Assembly: GCA_963777505.1 (NCBI GenBank)
Contig: CAVZQN010000004.1
Location: forward strand, 1,344,001-1,408,000
DNA length: 64,000 nucleotides
Reading direction: 5' to 3'
From: an uncultured bacterium
GTDB taxonomy: Bacteria; Acidobacteriota; HRBIN11; JAKEFK01
Numbering within the stretch: position 1 is the first letter of the stretch; every line of letters starts with the position of its first letter. This document shows, piece by piece, positions 38,023-46,620 of the stretch. The position numbers and the translations under genes were made by a program. Below the pieces are notes generated by a model. It had not been told where the DNA came from. It did no database searches and saw only the letters and a list, made by a program, of their open reading frames with translations.

Positions 38023-39138
38023 CTAAGAAGCGAGCCGTGGGGATGTTAATAGAATCCGAACTAAATCGGATTGGCGGTTAGCACCGGTTTTCAAAAAAAT
38101 AGATTTCAGATGGCTGCGGACCGTGTTCACCTTGATTTCAAATTCTCTTGCAACTTGCATGACATTTTTGCCCTGCAGCAGTGCTGAAGATAATCGCGCC
38201 TCCGTGGGAGTGAGTCCATAAAGTTTACGAAATATTTCCTTGGGACCTGGAATTGCCAGATCCGGATCGCTGATAAAAAGCGCGGCGACAGCAGTATGGT
38301 TTTCAAACGAATACTCTCGCGAAAGCAATGGTGAAATCAATACGGGCAATGGCTGTGCGTGAAGTCTCCGTGATACCATCAACGCTCCACCAGTATTTTC
38401 TAGAGATCCATTCAAGTCAGATGATGCTTTTCGGATTAGTTCCTGCAATTTCCTATTGTCAAAAGCATTGACGGCGTGTATTTCGTTCCGCTTAATGATC
38501 AACCCGTTGCCTTGACCAGTAACGGTTTTGGCACTTTTGTTTGCAAGAATAATCTTTTTACTCTGATCCACTAGCACTACACCTGTTGGTAAACGGTCTA
38601 ACACTTCGAGCAAAGTATCACGCTCACCTTCAAGCATCGTGATACGTCCCAAAAAATAATTCTTTAGAATCTCTGCCTTCTGTTTATTTTCATTTTTATC
38701 CTGGATCTGGATGTCAATTACATACCTAACCCGCTTTACTATTAGCTGGAGGAAATTCCATGTGTTCGCCCAAAAACTTCTCATCAAGCGCCGAAAATCT
38801 TCCCGTTTTAAGATGAACGCTGTAACACGAGTTTTTGCGATCAAAGAAATGCGAAAAGGGTCATCATCAATTAAAGCCAGTTCGCCGATTGTATCTCCCG
38901 GAATTCTATGAGTCACTAAACTTCCATCCAAAAAGACTTCTGCTGTTCCCTCAGTAATCACGTATAAAGCTTTCCAAGGTTGATTTTCTGCCTGGAGTTC
39001 TTCTCCAGGATTGAAGCGCACCTTCTCGATTTTTCGCGCAATCTTACGCAGTAATGTTTCGGGGAGTTTTGTAAAAACTTCGATCCGTTTAAGGAGAATC
39101 AGACTTTCATTGAAAGTAGTCTTTTTTCGTACAGACAT
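38023..39138 (-). CDS. cNMP-binding + PAS-like + LuxR HTH transcriptional regulator
   Basis: LYVITEG...GDTIGELALI (cNMP), LDRLPTGVVLVD (PAS-like), LYGLTPTEARL...TVRSHLKSIFLKTG (LuxR). Confidence 0.85.
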   Translation of the reverse strand: MSVRKKTTFNESLILLKRIEVFTKLPETLLRKIARKIEKVRFNPGEELQAENQPWKALYVITEGTAEVFLDGSLVTHRIPGDTIGELALIDDDPFRISLIAKTRVTAFILKREDFRRLMRSFWANTWNFLQLIVKRVRYVIDIQIQDKNENKQKAEILKNYFLGRITMLEGERDTLLEVLDRLPTGVVLVDQSKKIILANKSAKTVTGQGNGLIIKRNEIHAVNAFDNRKLQELIRKASSDLNGSLENTGGALMVSRRLHAQPLPVLISPLLSREYSFENHTAVAALFISDPDLAIPGPKEIFRKLYGLTPTEARLSSALLQGKNVMQVAREFEIKVNTVRSHLKSIFLKTGANRQSDLVRILLTSPRLAS

Positions 39139-39180
39139 TTTTTCTCTCTAAATATTCGCTTTCTTTTCTCCCTTAAATGG

Positions 39181-40170
39181 GTGTTGGGCGCGGAATTGTA
39201 TTTCCTTATTATACCAACCATTTACTACGGAAAGATGATGCACCAGATGTCGAACACTATTTTAGCAATCGGAGCCCTATTCGGACCGTATCGAATCCTT
39301 TCTCGGTTAGTAATAAGAGGATCCGGAGAATTGTATCGAGTAAGGGACATCCAATCTGAACGAGAACTAGCACTCAAGGTTTTATCCACGAACACTCACG
39401 GCGATCGTGAAGGATTAAATCTTCTCAAACTCCATGTAAATGAACTGGCTCAACTCTCTCACAAAAACATTTTAGCCATCAGGGATGTGGGAGTGGAGAA
39501 TAACATCTGCTATGCGGTTACTGAACTGATCGAAGGACAAACTCTCCAATCAAAATTGTCCCAATTTCCAGTTTCCTGGCAAAAGGCGGTCCAGTGGACC
39601 ATTGATATCGCTGAAGCCCTTGCCGCGGCTCACTCCATCGGGATGGTACATGGTGACCTCAATCCAAAAAGTATCTATGTGACTTCCGATGAATGTATCA
39701 AGATCCTGGATTTCGGATTAACTCGTTTTAGCAAGCCAAGAGTCGGAGCTGTTATGAATTCTGCTCCTTATCTGTCTCCCGAGCAGGTAGCGGGAGATGA
39801 TGCCGATTTCCGCAGCGACATCTTTTCTTTGGGCTGTTTACTGTACGAGATGATCAGTGGCCGATATGCATTCGGGCGTCCTTCCGTATTTGAAACTGTA
39901 AGTGCCATCATGAAGCAAGAACCGCAGAAACTTTCGGAATTGAAGAAAGATATTCCGTTAGAGCTTGATCGGATCATCTCGCATTGTTTAGAAAAGAAGC
40001 GTGGATCTCGTTATGCGTCAGCACGCGATTTGATCTTGGAATTGCGTCAAGTACTCGATCTCCTGGATGGCCGGATGGGATTGCCAAAAAACCGGCACTG
40101 GACCGCGGCAATCTCCGCAACAGCGATCATGGTTACCCTGCTTTATCTCAAATTCTGTGCCGCAGGTTAA
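39181..40170 (+). CDS. Ser/Thr protein kinase-like protein, possibly pseudokinase
   Basis: ALKVL, HGDLNPKS, KILDFGL, YLSPEQ, SDIFSLG; C-terminal hydrophobic segment; true start may be ATG 39235 or slightly later. Confidence 0.85.
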   Translation: MLGAELYFLIIPTIYYGKMMHQMSNTILAIGALFGPYRILSRLVIRGSGELYRVRDIQSERELALKVLSTNTHGDREGLNLLKLHVNELAQLSHKNILAIRDVGVENNICYAVTELIEGQTLQSKLSQFPVSWQKAVQWTIDIAEALAAAHSIGMVHGDLNPKSIYVTSDECIKILDFGLTRFSKPRVGAVMNSAPYLSPEQVAGDDADFRSDIFSLGCLLYEMISGRYAFGRPSVFETVSAIMKQEPQKLSELKKDIPLELDRIISHCLEKKRGSRYASARDLILELRQVLDLLDGRMGLPKNRHWTAAISATAIMVTLLYLKFCAAG

Positions 40171-40220
40171 AACAAAAACAAAGATAAGCGCCTTTTATTT
40201 TGGATTCTTTCTTCTAACTC

Positions 40221-40258
40221 AAAAAGGGGTGCGATGCAATGTCGCGCCTCTTTTCTTT
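40221..40258 (+). terminator. Probable terminator
   Basis: aaaaaggggtgcgat-gcaa-tgtcgcgcctctttt hairpin with T tail. Confidence 0.5.
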
Positions 40259-40308
40259 ACGGAAAAAGCATATGAGAACAGTGATGAGAAGCATGATAAA
40301 ACAATCGT

Positions 40309-40638
40309 ATGATACCTATCCGGTGTCATGAAGGCATCCTGCTCGTTGATCCGGATAAAATCAGTTGGGTTAAAGCAGCACGAAACTCCGTGAAGGTTCA
40401 CTTTGATGGACAAGTGTGTTCTCTGAAAAGCTCCCTGGAGTGCGTGGAACAACAACTCTATAGTAGTAATTTTGTTCGAATTCAGAGATGTACTATTGTT
40501 AATGTGAATTGCATTCGTGAATTAAGGCATTGGCTGCGTGGAACCTTTCAGGTGCATTTAGAGGATGGAACGCAGTTGTTGTTAAGCAAAAGCTATCGGA
40601 TGAATTTTTTCAAACAGCTTCGGCTACAGTCATATTGA
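40309..40638 (+). CDS. Stand-alone LytTR DNA-binding domain protein
   Basis: ISWVKA, NFVRIQRCTIVN, LLLSKSY; no receiver domain. Confidence 0.8.
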   Translation: MIPIRCHEGILLVDPDKISWVKAARNSVKVHFDGQVCSLKSSLECVEQQLYSSNFVRIQRCTIVNVNCIRELRHWLRGTFQVHLEDGTQLLLSKSYRMNFFKQLRLQSY

Positions 40639-41987
40639 ATAAAACCTTTCGAATTTTTGCATTTATCTTGATTTCAGTCATGCTGATGCATTTTTCCGTT
40701 TCAGCAGACACAGACAAGGTCCAACTTGCGGAAAAAGTGCGGCAGGAATTTCTGCACTCGTGGAACGGCTACAAACAATACGCATGGGGACATGATGCGC
40801 TCAAGCCTTTGAGCAAAACTCATCACGATTGGTATGGCGTCAGTTTGCTGATGACTCCTGTGGATGCAATGGATACGATGTATCTGATGGGTCTTAAAGA
40901 AGAAGCCGATAAGACAAAAGAATATGTTGTCAATAATTTATCCTTTGAAAAAGATATTTTCGTTAAGAATTTTGAAATCACGATCCGCATTTTAGGCGGG
41001 CTGCTCAGCACATATCAAATCACTGAAGATAAGCGTTTATTAGAAAAGGCAGTAGATCTTGGCAATCGATTGCTGCCGGTCTTTGATTCTCCTACCGGAA
41101 TGCCTTACATGTTCATTAATTTAAAAACCGGCGTGGTGCGGGGAGCTGAAACGAATCCAGCCGAGATCGGTACGCTTCTCATAGAGTTTGGAACACTCAG
41201 TAAACTGACCAAAAATCCAGTTTACTACGATAAAGCAAAACGTGCTGTCGTTGAGCTTTATAAGCGTCGTTCCGAAAAAGATCTTGTGGGTTCATCTATA
41301 AATGTTGAAACAGGAAAATGGATCGATTCCATCAGTCACATTAGCGGCGGAATTGATTCCTATTACGAATATTTGCTAAAGTGTGCCCGTCTTTTTGATG
41401 ACAAAGAATTAGACCAAATGTGGCAAACAAGCATTAAAGCTCTTAATAAACATCTAGCGGATGATGCTCCCACAGGATTTTGGTATGGATACGTAAACAT
41501 GAATACGGCGGAAAGAATTTCCACACGATTTGGAGCATTGGATGCATTCTTCCCGGCAGTGCTGGCTTTGTCAGGCGATCTAAATCGCGCAAAAAAGTTG
41601 CAAGACTCGGCCTATAAAATGTGGACCATTCATGGAATTGAGCCGGAAGAAATAGATTATGTAACCCTCAAAATAACTTATGATGGTTACAAGCTTCGTC
41701 CCGAAATTATAGAATCAGCCTACTATCTGTATTCGATGACAAAAGACCCGCGCTATCTTGAAATGGGAAGCACTTTCTTTGACAGCCTCCTGCGATATTG
41801 CAGAACAGATACCGGATATGCAGCTCTTAGCAGCGTTGAAAATAAGGAAAAGAAAGATGAGATGGAAAGCTTCTTTCTTGCTGAAACGTTGAAATATTTG
41901 TATTTGCTGTTTGCGCCGCCGGAGACGCTTGATTTATCAAAGGTAACGTTTAATACAGAAGCCCATCCGATTAAAAAAACGTGGTAG
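40635..41987 (+). CDS. Glycoside hydrolase family 47 (class I alpha-1,2-mannosidase), secreted
   Basis: YAWGHD, FEITIRILGGLLS, IDSYYEYLLK, LRPEIIES, MESFFLAETLKYLYLLF, NTEAHP; TTG 40635 overlaps the LytTR stop and gives a signal peptide. Confidence 0.92.
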   Translation: MNKTFRIFAFILISVMLMHFSVSADTDKVQLAEKVRQEFLHSWNGYKQYAWGHDALKPLSKTHHDWYGVSLLMTPVDAMDTMYLMGLKEEADKTKEYVVNNLSFEKDIFVKNFEITIRILGGLLSTYQITEDKRLLEKAVDLGNRLLPVFDSPTGMPYMFINLKTGVVRGAETNPAEIGTLLIEFGTLSKLTKNPVYYDKAKRAVVELYKRRSEKDLVGSSINVETGKWIDSISHISGGIDSYYEYLLKCARLFDDKELDQMWQTSIKALNKHLADDAPTGFWYGYVNMNTAERISTRFGALDAFFPAVLALSGDLNRAKKLQDSAYKMWTIHGIEPEEIDYVTLKITYDGYKLRPEIIESAYYLYSMTKDPRYLEMGSTFFDSLLRYCRTDTGYAALSSVENKEKKDEMESFFLAETLKYLYLLFAPPETLDLSKVTFNTEAHPIKKTW

Positions 41988-42063
41988 GGGCGGGTCGTAA
42001 GATCAGCCCGCGTTAGTACGACGTACTAGACGATAACGGGCGTGGTCTAAGACCCGCCCCTAC
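41984..42063. repeat. REP doublet, family A (degenerate)
   Basis: GTAGGGGCGGGTC...GGTCTAAGACCCGCCCCTAC between convergent genes; supplies the GH47 TAG. Confidence 0.85.
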
Positions 42064-42887
42064 TAGCAACTGGGGCATTCTTGTTCAAGCGCCGAAAGAA
42101 CTTGTTTGGCGCGCACTGCATTTCCACTTGTCGGATAACGCTTCATAAATGTACGCAAATATTCGAGCGCTTTTTGATTCGAATTCATTTCAATATGAAT
42201 TTGGGAGGAAAGTAGCAAAGCATCTTCATCAGAAGCGCCATTTTTATAAACTGTGTAATATTGATCGAGAGCTTTCAGTGCCTGATCACGACGGCCTAGA
42301 TAATAATCTGCCAGAGCGATTGAAAATTGAGCTTTTTCCTTTTGAACCGACGTTGACGAAGCGGACGTTAAAACTTTTTGATATCGTTGCTGAGCTTCCA
42401 TATACATTTGGCGTTCCAAATATGTACTTGCCAGCAGGAAAGAGGCATCAGCCTTTGCTGGCTCTCTCATTTCAACTTCGAGTAATTTTCGGACATGTTC
42501 AAGTTCTTCTATCAATTCCGCAGTATTCATATAGCCGCTGATACGATTGAGTACATTCCCGGATCCATCAGTAACAAGCATCGTTGGTAGGCTGTCAACT
42601 TTATATTTTTCAGCAACGGCGCTTCCTTTTTTACCGTCTTCGGAATCAATTCTTGCAAGAATGTAATTGTGCATGTAGGAGGTGAATTTTGGATCAGAGT
42701 AAACTTCCTTATCCAGCTTATGACACCATGTACACCAATCGGCAAAAACATCCAGAAATATCGGCTTTGATGTTTTCTTTGATTCAGCCAATGCTTGATC
42801 GAAGTCAGTGATCCATTGTGTAGATGCAGCGTGAGTAAGCGAAGCAGCAAAAAGAGTTAGAAGCGCAAAGACAGTTCCGATTTTCAT
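42063..42887 (-). CDS. Secreted thioredoxin-fold + TPR protein
   Basis: Signal peptide from ATG 42887; FADWCTWCHKL; TPR-like helices; ends ECPSC. Confidence 0.85.
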   Translation of the reverse strand: MKIGTVFALLTLFAASLTHAASTQWITDFDQALAESKKTSKPIFLDVFADWCTWCHKLDKEVYSDPKFTSYMHNYILARIDSEDGKKGSAVAEKYKVDSLPTMLVTDGSGNVLNRISGYMNTAELIEELEHVRKLLEVEMREPAKADASFLLASTYLERQMYMEAQQRYQKVLTSASSTSVQKEKAQFSIALADYYLGRRDQALKALDQYYTVYKNGASDEDALLLSSQIHIEMNSNQKALEYLRTFMKRYPTSGNAVRAKQVLSALEQECPSC

Positions 42888-42943
42888 GGTTAAATTATGA
42901 TAACGATGCCCACTAAAAATTACAATTTCCCGGTAAGAAGTCA

Positions 42944-44218
42944 ATGAGAGAATGGAACGCGCGATTTGTCGCCTATGACATTCTGAAAAAGCTTGAGGCA
43001 CGTCAATCAAATTCCGCTGTTTTACTGCAGAATTCGCTTACTTCGATTTCAAATCCTGCCGATCGGCGTTTGATCACAGATCTTGTCATGGGCACTCTTC
43101 GTTGGCGCAGCAAATTATTGCATATCATTCAACAATTCTCCAGGCGCCCGGTGGGTTCAATCGATTCCAATGTTCTGGTATTGCTCCAGCTAGGGGTCTA
43201 TCAACTTTTATTTACGCGAATTCCAGTTCATGCTGCGATTTATGAAACTGTGAATCTAAGCAAACGGATCCGAATGACTTCAGCTTCTTCCTTTATTAAT
43301 GGAATTTTACGCGCAGTGCAATCGAAAAAAGATACTGAAGTGATATCGAAAGCAGATGATGTCGCATCACTTGCAGTTTCGTATTCGCATCCCGAGTGGC
43401 TTGTTCAGCGATGGACAAATCGGTTTGGGATATCAGAAACGAAAGCGCTCATGGAAAAAAATAATGAGCCGGCACAGGTATATTTACGTGTGAATGAATT
43501 AAGATTTAGCCCACCTGAAGTCCTTCAGCATTTGAAAAATGAAGGAATTTCTGCTGTGCCTGTTGCGCCCGATTCTGCTGTATTTGTTGTAGAAGAAGGG
43601 GCGCCTCAGCTAACAAATTCCTTTGAAGCTGGAGAATTTTACATTCACGATGCTGGGATCGAATTGATCGGTGAACTCATGCGGCCTCAGTCAGGCCAGA
43701 ACGTTCTTGAAATTGCGGCAGCTCCCGGTGGAAAAACATTACAATTAGCAATTCGGATGAAAGATAGTGGCAGGATTGTTTCACTGGACACTGAATTAAA
43801 ACGCATGAAAATGTGGCAGCGAAATATCGACCGCCTGCAGATTCGATCTGCTGTTCCAATCGTAGCTGATGCACGCACTCTACCTTTTAGTAGAGCTTTT
43901 GATCTCGTTACAATTGATGCGCCATGTTCCAGTTTAGGGACAATCAGGCGGCATCCCGAAATAAAATGGTGGCGGCAGGAATCGGAATTTAAAAAGTTCA
44001 AGGAACTGCAATTGCAAATGTTAGAGTCGTGCGTTAAATATGTCGGAGAAAATGGAAATCTCGTTTATCTTGTTTGTAGTTTTGAACCCGAAGAAACTGA
44101 AGACGTTGCGAACGAATTTGTGACAGCGCATCCCGAGTTTAAAGAAGAAGAAAGAATGATCTTACTTCCTCATCGTGATAACACAGATGGCTTTTTTGCA
44201 GTACGATGGAGCCGGTAA
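42944..44218 (+). CDS. rsmB: 16S rRNA m5C967 methyltransferase RsmB (Sun)
   Basis: NusB-like N-domain, YSHPEWLV, AAPGGKT, DAPCSSLGTIRRHPE, DGFF. Confidence 0.9.
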   Translation: MREWNARFVAYDILKKLEARQSNSAVLLQNSLTSISNPADRRLITDLVMGTLRWRSKLLHIIQQFSRRPVGSIDSNVLVLLQLGVYQLLFTRIPVHAAIYETVNLSKRIRMTSASSFINGILRAVQSKKDTEVISKADDVASLAVSYSHPEWLVQRWTNRFGISETKALMEKNNEPAQVYLRVNELRFSPPEVLQHLKNEGISAVPVAPDSAVFVVEEGAPQLTNSFEAGEFYIHDAGIELIGELMRPQSGQNVLEIAAAPGGKTLQLAIRMKDSGRIVSLDTELKRMKMWQRNIDRLQIRSAVPIVADARTLPFSRAFDLVTIDAPCSSLGTIRRHPEIKWWRQESEFKKFKELQLQMLESCVKYVGENGNLVYLVCSFEPEETEDVANEFVTAHPEFKEEERMILLPHRDNTDGFFAVRWSR

Positions 44219-44233
44219 CGCCGGCGTTACACC

Positions 44234-46543
44234 ATGAATTTCAATAATGTTTTGGAACAATTTAAAAGACAGTTTGGCGAAAACGTTGTACACCACAGAA
44301 TCATTCCAGCAAAACCTCCCACGAATGTTCCATATCCAGGTTTCATTCCTGAAGGCATCATTCAGGCTTTAAAAGAGCGGGGAATAGATCTCCCATACAC
44401 TCATCAATTCGAAGCCTGGCAACTTCTTTCTGAAGGAAAGAATATCGTCATCATAACTCCTACAGCATCGGGAAAAACGCTTTGCTACAACGTGCCTGCT
44501 GTTTGCAAAATTCTTGAAGATCCAACAGCGCGCGCATTATATCTATTTCCAACAAAGGCACTTTCTCAAGACCAACTTTCAGAACTGCAAACGCTGTTGA
44601 ATATTGCCGCGCCGGAAGCAAAAGCGTTTACCTTCGATGGCGATACTCCTGCCGATGCGCGGCAAGCGATCCGCGCGAACGGACATATTGTAATTACGAA
44701 TCCTGACATGCTCCATTCAGGCATCCTTCCGCACCATGTAAAGTGGCAGAAATTGTTTGAAAATTTGAAGTTTATTGTGATCGATGAACTGCATTCATAC
44801 CGCGGCGTGTTCGGCTCTCATGTGACAAATGTAGTAAGACGCCTAAAACGGATTTGTGAGTTCTACGGAAGCCATCCTCAATTTATTTGTTGTTCTGCTA
44901 CGATTGCAAATCCGAAGGAACATGCCGAACAGATTCTCGAAGCGCCTGTGGATTTGATTTCTAAAAATGGAGCACCTGCAGGCGAAAAGCATTTTGTTTT
45001 TCTGAATCCTCCTGTCGTCAATGCAGCGCTTGGAATCCGGCGTTCTTTTGTAAAACAATCACAAGCGGTTGCCAATTTTTATCTGGATCACGATCAACAC
45101 ACGATTGTGTTTGCGCCAAGCAGGTTGATCATGGAAATATTGTTGACCTATTTAAAGGAACGCCAAACGGGTCACGTTTTGAAGGAAGGTGAAATCCGCG
45201 GTTACCGTGGCGGTTATTTGCCTTCGGTGCGGCGTGAGATTGAAGCAGGTTTGCGATCGGGTGAAATTCGGGGTGTTGTTTGCACGAATGCTCTCGAACT
45301 TGGAATTGATATTGGTTCGCTTGATGCCAGCGTGCTCGCAAGCTATCCCGGGACAATTAGCAGTTCATGGCAGCAAGCAGGACGCTCGGGTCGCCGCGAT
45401 CGTCCTTCCATGACAGTTCTTGTTGCAAGTTCTTCACCTGTTGATCAATTCCTAATGTCCAATCCGGAATACTTTTTCGGCGCATCACCTGAACATGCAA
45501 GAATCAACCCGGATAACTTGCACATTCTTGTAGATCACATCAAGTGTTCCACTTTTGAATTACCTTTTCGCGGAGAAGAAAAATATGGCCGCGAAAATCT
45601 TGATGAAATCCTCACATTTTTGAAAGAAGAAGGATTCGTCCATCAAGCCGGTGATGCACATCACTGGATCAACGAAGCTTATCCTGCGAACGCTGTTAGT
45701 TTGCGTCGAATCAGTTCGGATAATTTTCTTGTTGTTAATACGGAACGAGGCGACGAAATTATTGCTGAAGTGGATTTCAGCAGCGCATTAACGACACTTC
45801 ATGAAAAAGCCGTTTATATGTGCGAAGGCATTCCTTATTACGTCGATCAGCTTGATTTTGATGGCCGTAAAGCTTTTGTTCGTCCAGTTAAGGCAGATTA
45901 TTACACTGATGCTATTACGTATACCGATGTTCAGGTTCTCGAAATATTTGAGCAGCATGAACGTGATACATTTCTGCCTTCACATGGTGAAATTCAAATC
46001 ACTGAAGAAGTGGTCGGATTCAAGAAGTTAAAATTCTTCACGCTGGAAAATGTTGGTTCCGGCGAATTAAGTCTTCCTGAACATGAATGGCATACAACAG
46101 CATTCTGGTTCAGCATTCCACGTGAAGTCTTGGAAAAGGCGCCGTTCGATTCGGAAGAAAAAATCGATGGAGTCCGTGGATTTGCATATGCTTTGCGAGG
46201 AATCGCAGTCATTTCACTGATGTGTGATTTGCGGGATCTTGGAGTTTCTGTCATTGACACTGTGCAGGATCATAAAATCTATCAAATGCAGCTTCGACGG
46301 CCTGAGACTGCCGAGCGCTCTCGACTTGCTTTTCAACCGAATATTTATTTGTATGATAAATATCCGGGCGGAATTGGCTTCAGCAAAACGCTTTTTGAGC
46401 AAAACCGCAACTTACTTGCTGCAGTTGAAACTCTGGTACGGAACTGTGTGTGCGAAAACGGTTGCCCTTCCTGCCTCGGTGCGCCAGGCATTTACTCCCG
46501 CCGTACCCGCGAAGTAGTACTTTATCTACTCAGTAAGGCTTAG
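44234..46543 (+). CDS. DEAD/DEAH helicase with DUF1998 (MrfA/YprA/Hrq1 type)
   Basis: TPTASGKT, IDELH, SATIANP, ALELGIDIG, QQAGRSGRR, YDKYPGGIG, CxCxxGCPSC. Confidence 0.92.
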   Translation: MNFNNVLEQFKRQFGENVVHHRIIPAKPPTNVPYPGFIPEGIIQALKERGIDLPYTHQFEAWQLLSEGKNIVIITPTASGKTLCYNVPAVCKILEDPTARALYLFPTKALSQDQLSELQTLLNIAAPEAKAFTFDGDTPADARQAIRANGHIVITNPDMLHSGILPHHVKWQKLFENLKFIVIDELHSYRGVFGSHVTNVVRRLKRICEFYGSHPQFICCSATIANPKEHAEQILEAPVDLISKNGAPAGEKHFVFLNPPVVNAALGIRRSFVKQSQAVANFYLDHDQHTIVFAPSRLIMEILLTYLKERQTGHVLKEGEIRGYRGGYLPSVRREIEAGLRSGEIRGVVCTNALELGIDIGSLDASVLASYPGTISSSWQQAGRSGRRDRPSMTVLVASSSPVDQFLMSNPEYFFGASPEHARINPDNLHILVDHIKCSTFELPFRGEEKYGRENLDEILTFLKEEGFVHQAGDAHHWINEAYPANAVSLRRISSDNFLVVNTERGDEIIAEVDFSSALTTLHEKAVYMCEGIPYYVDQLDFDGRKAFVRPVKADYYTDAITYTDVQVLEIFEQHERDTFLPSHGEIQITEEVVGFKKLKFFTLENVGSGELSLPEHEWHTTAFWFSIPREVLEKAPFDSEEKIDGVRGFAYALRGIAVISLMCDLRDLGVSVIDTVQDHKIYQMQLRRPETAERSRLAFQPNIYLYDKYPGGIGFSKTLFEQNRNLLAAVETLVRNCVCENGCPSCLGAPGIYSRRTREVVLYLLSKA

Positions 46544-46620
46544 AAAGATGCGGACTAGAAGTCTGCGGTCCCTTCGCAAAAAAAAATGATATAGTGAGTT
46601 AACAAGCTTCCAACAAGATC

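Noticed and set aside
19433-42063. CRISPR array
   Set aside because: Repeats are isolated inverted doublets kilobases apart, not direct repeats with regular spacers; no cas genes
40530-43010. ORF-track starts at 40530 (GH47) and 43010 (Trx-TPR)
   Set aside because: They overlap neighbouring genes; starts at 40635 and 42887 give clean signal peptides
44234-46543. DISARM/Druantia defence helicase (DrmB-like DUF1998)
   Set aside because: Helicase and DUF1998 are fused in the MrfA/Hrq1 layout and no DNA methylase or other defence genes flank it
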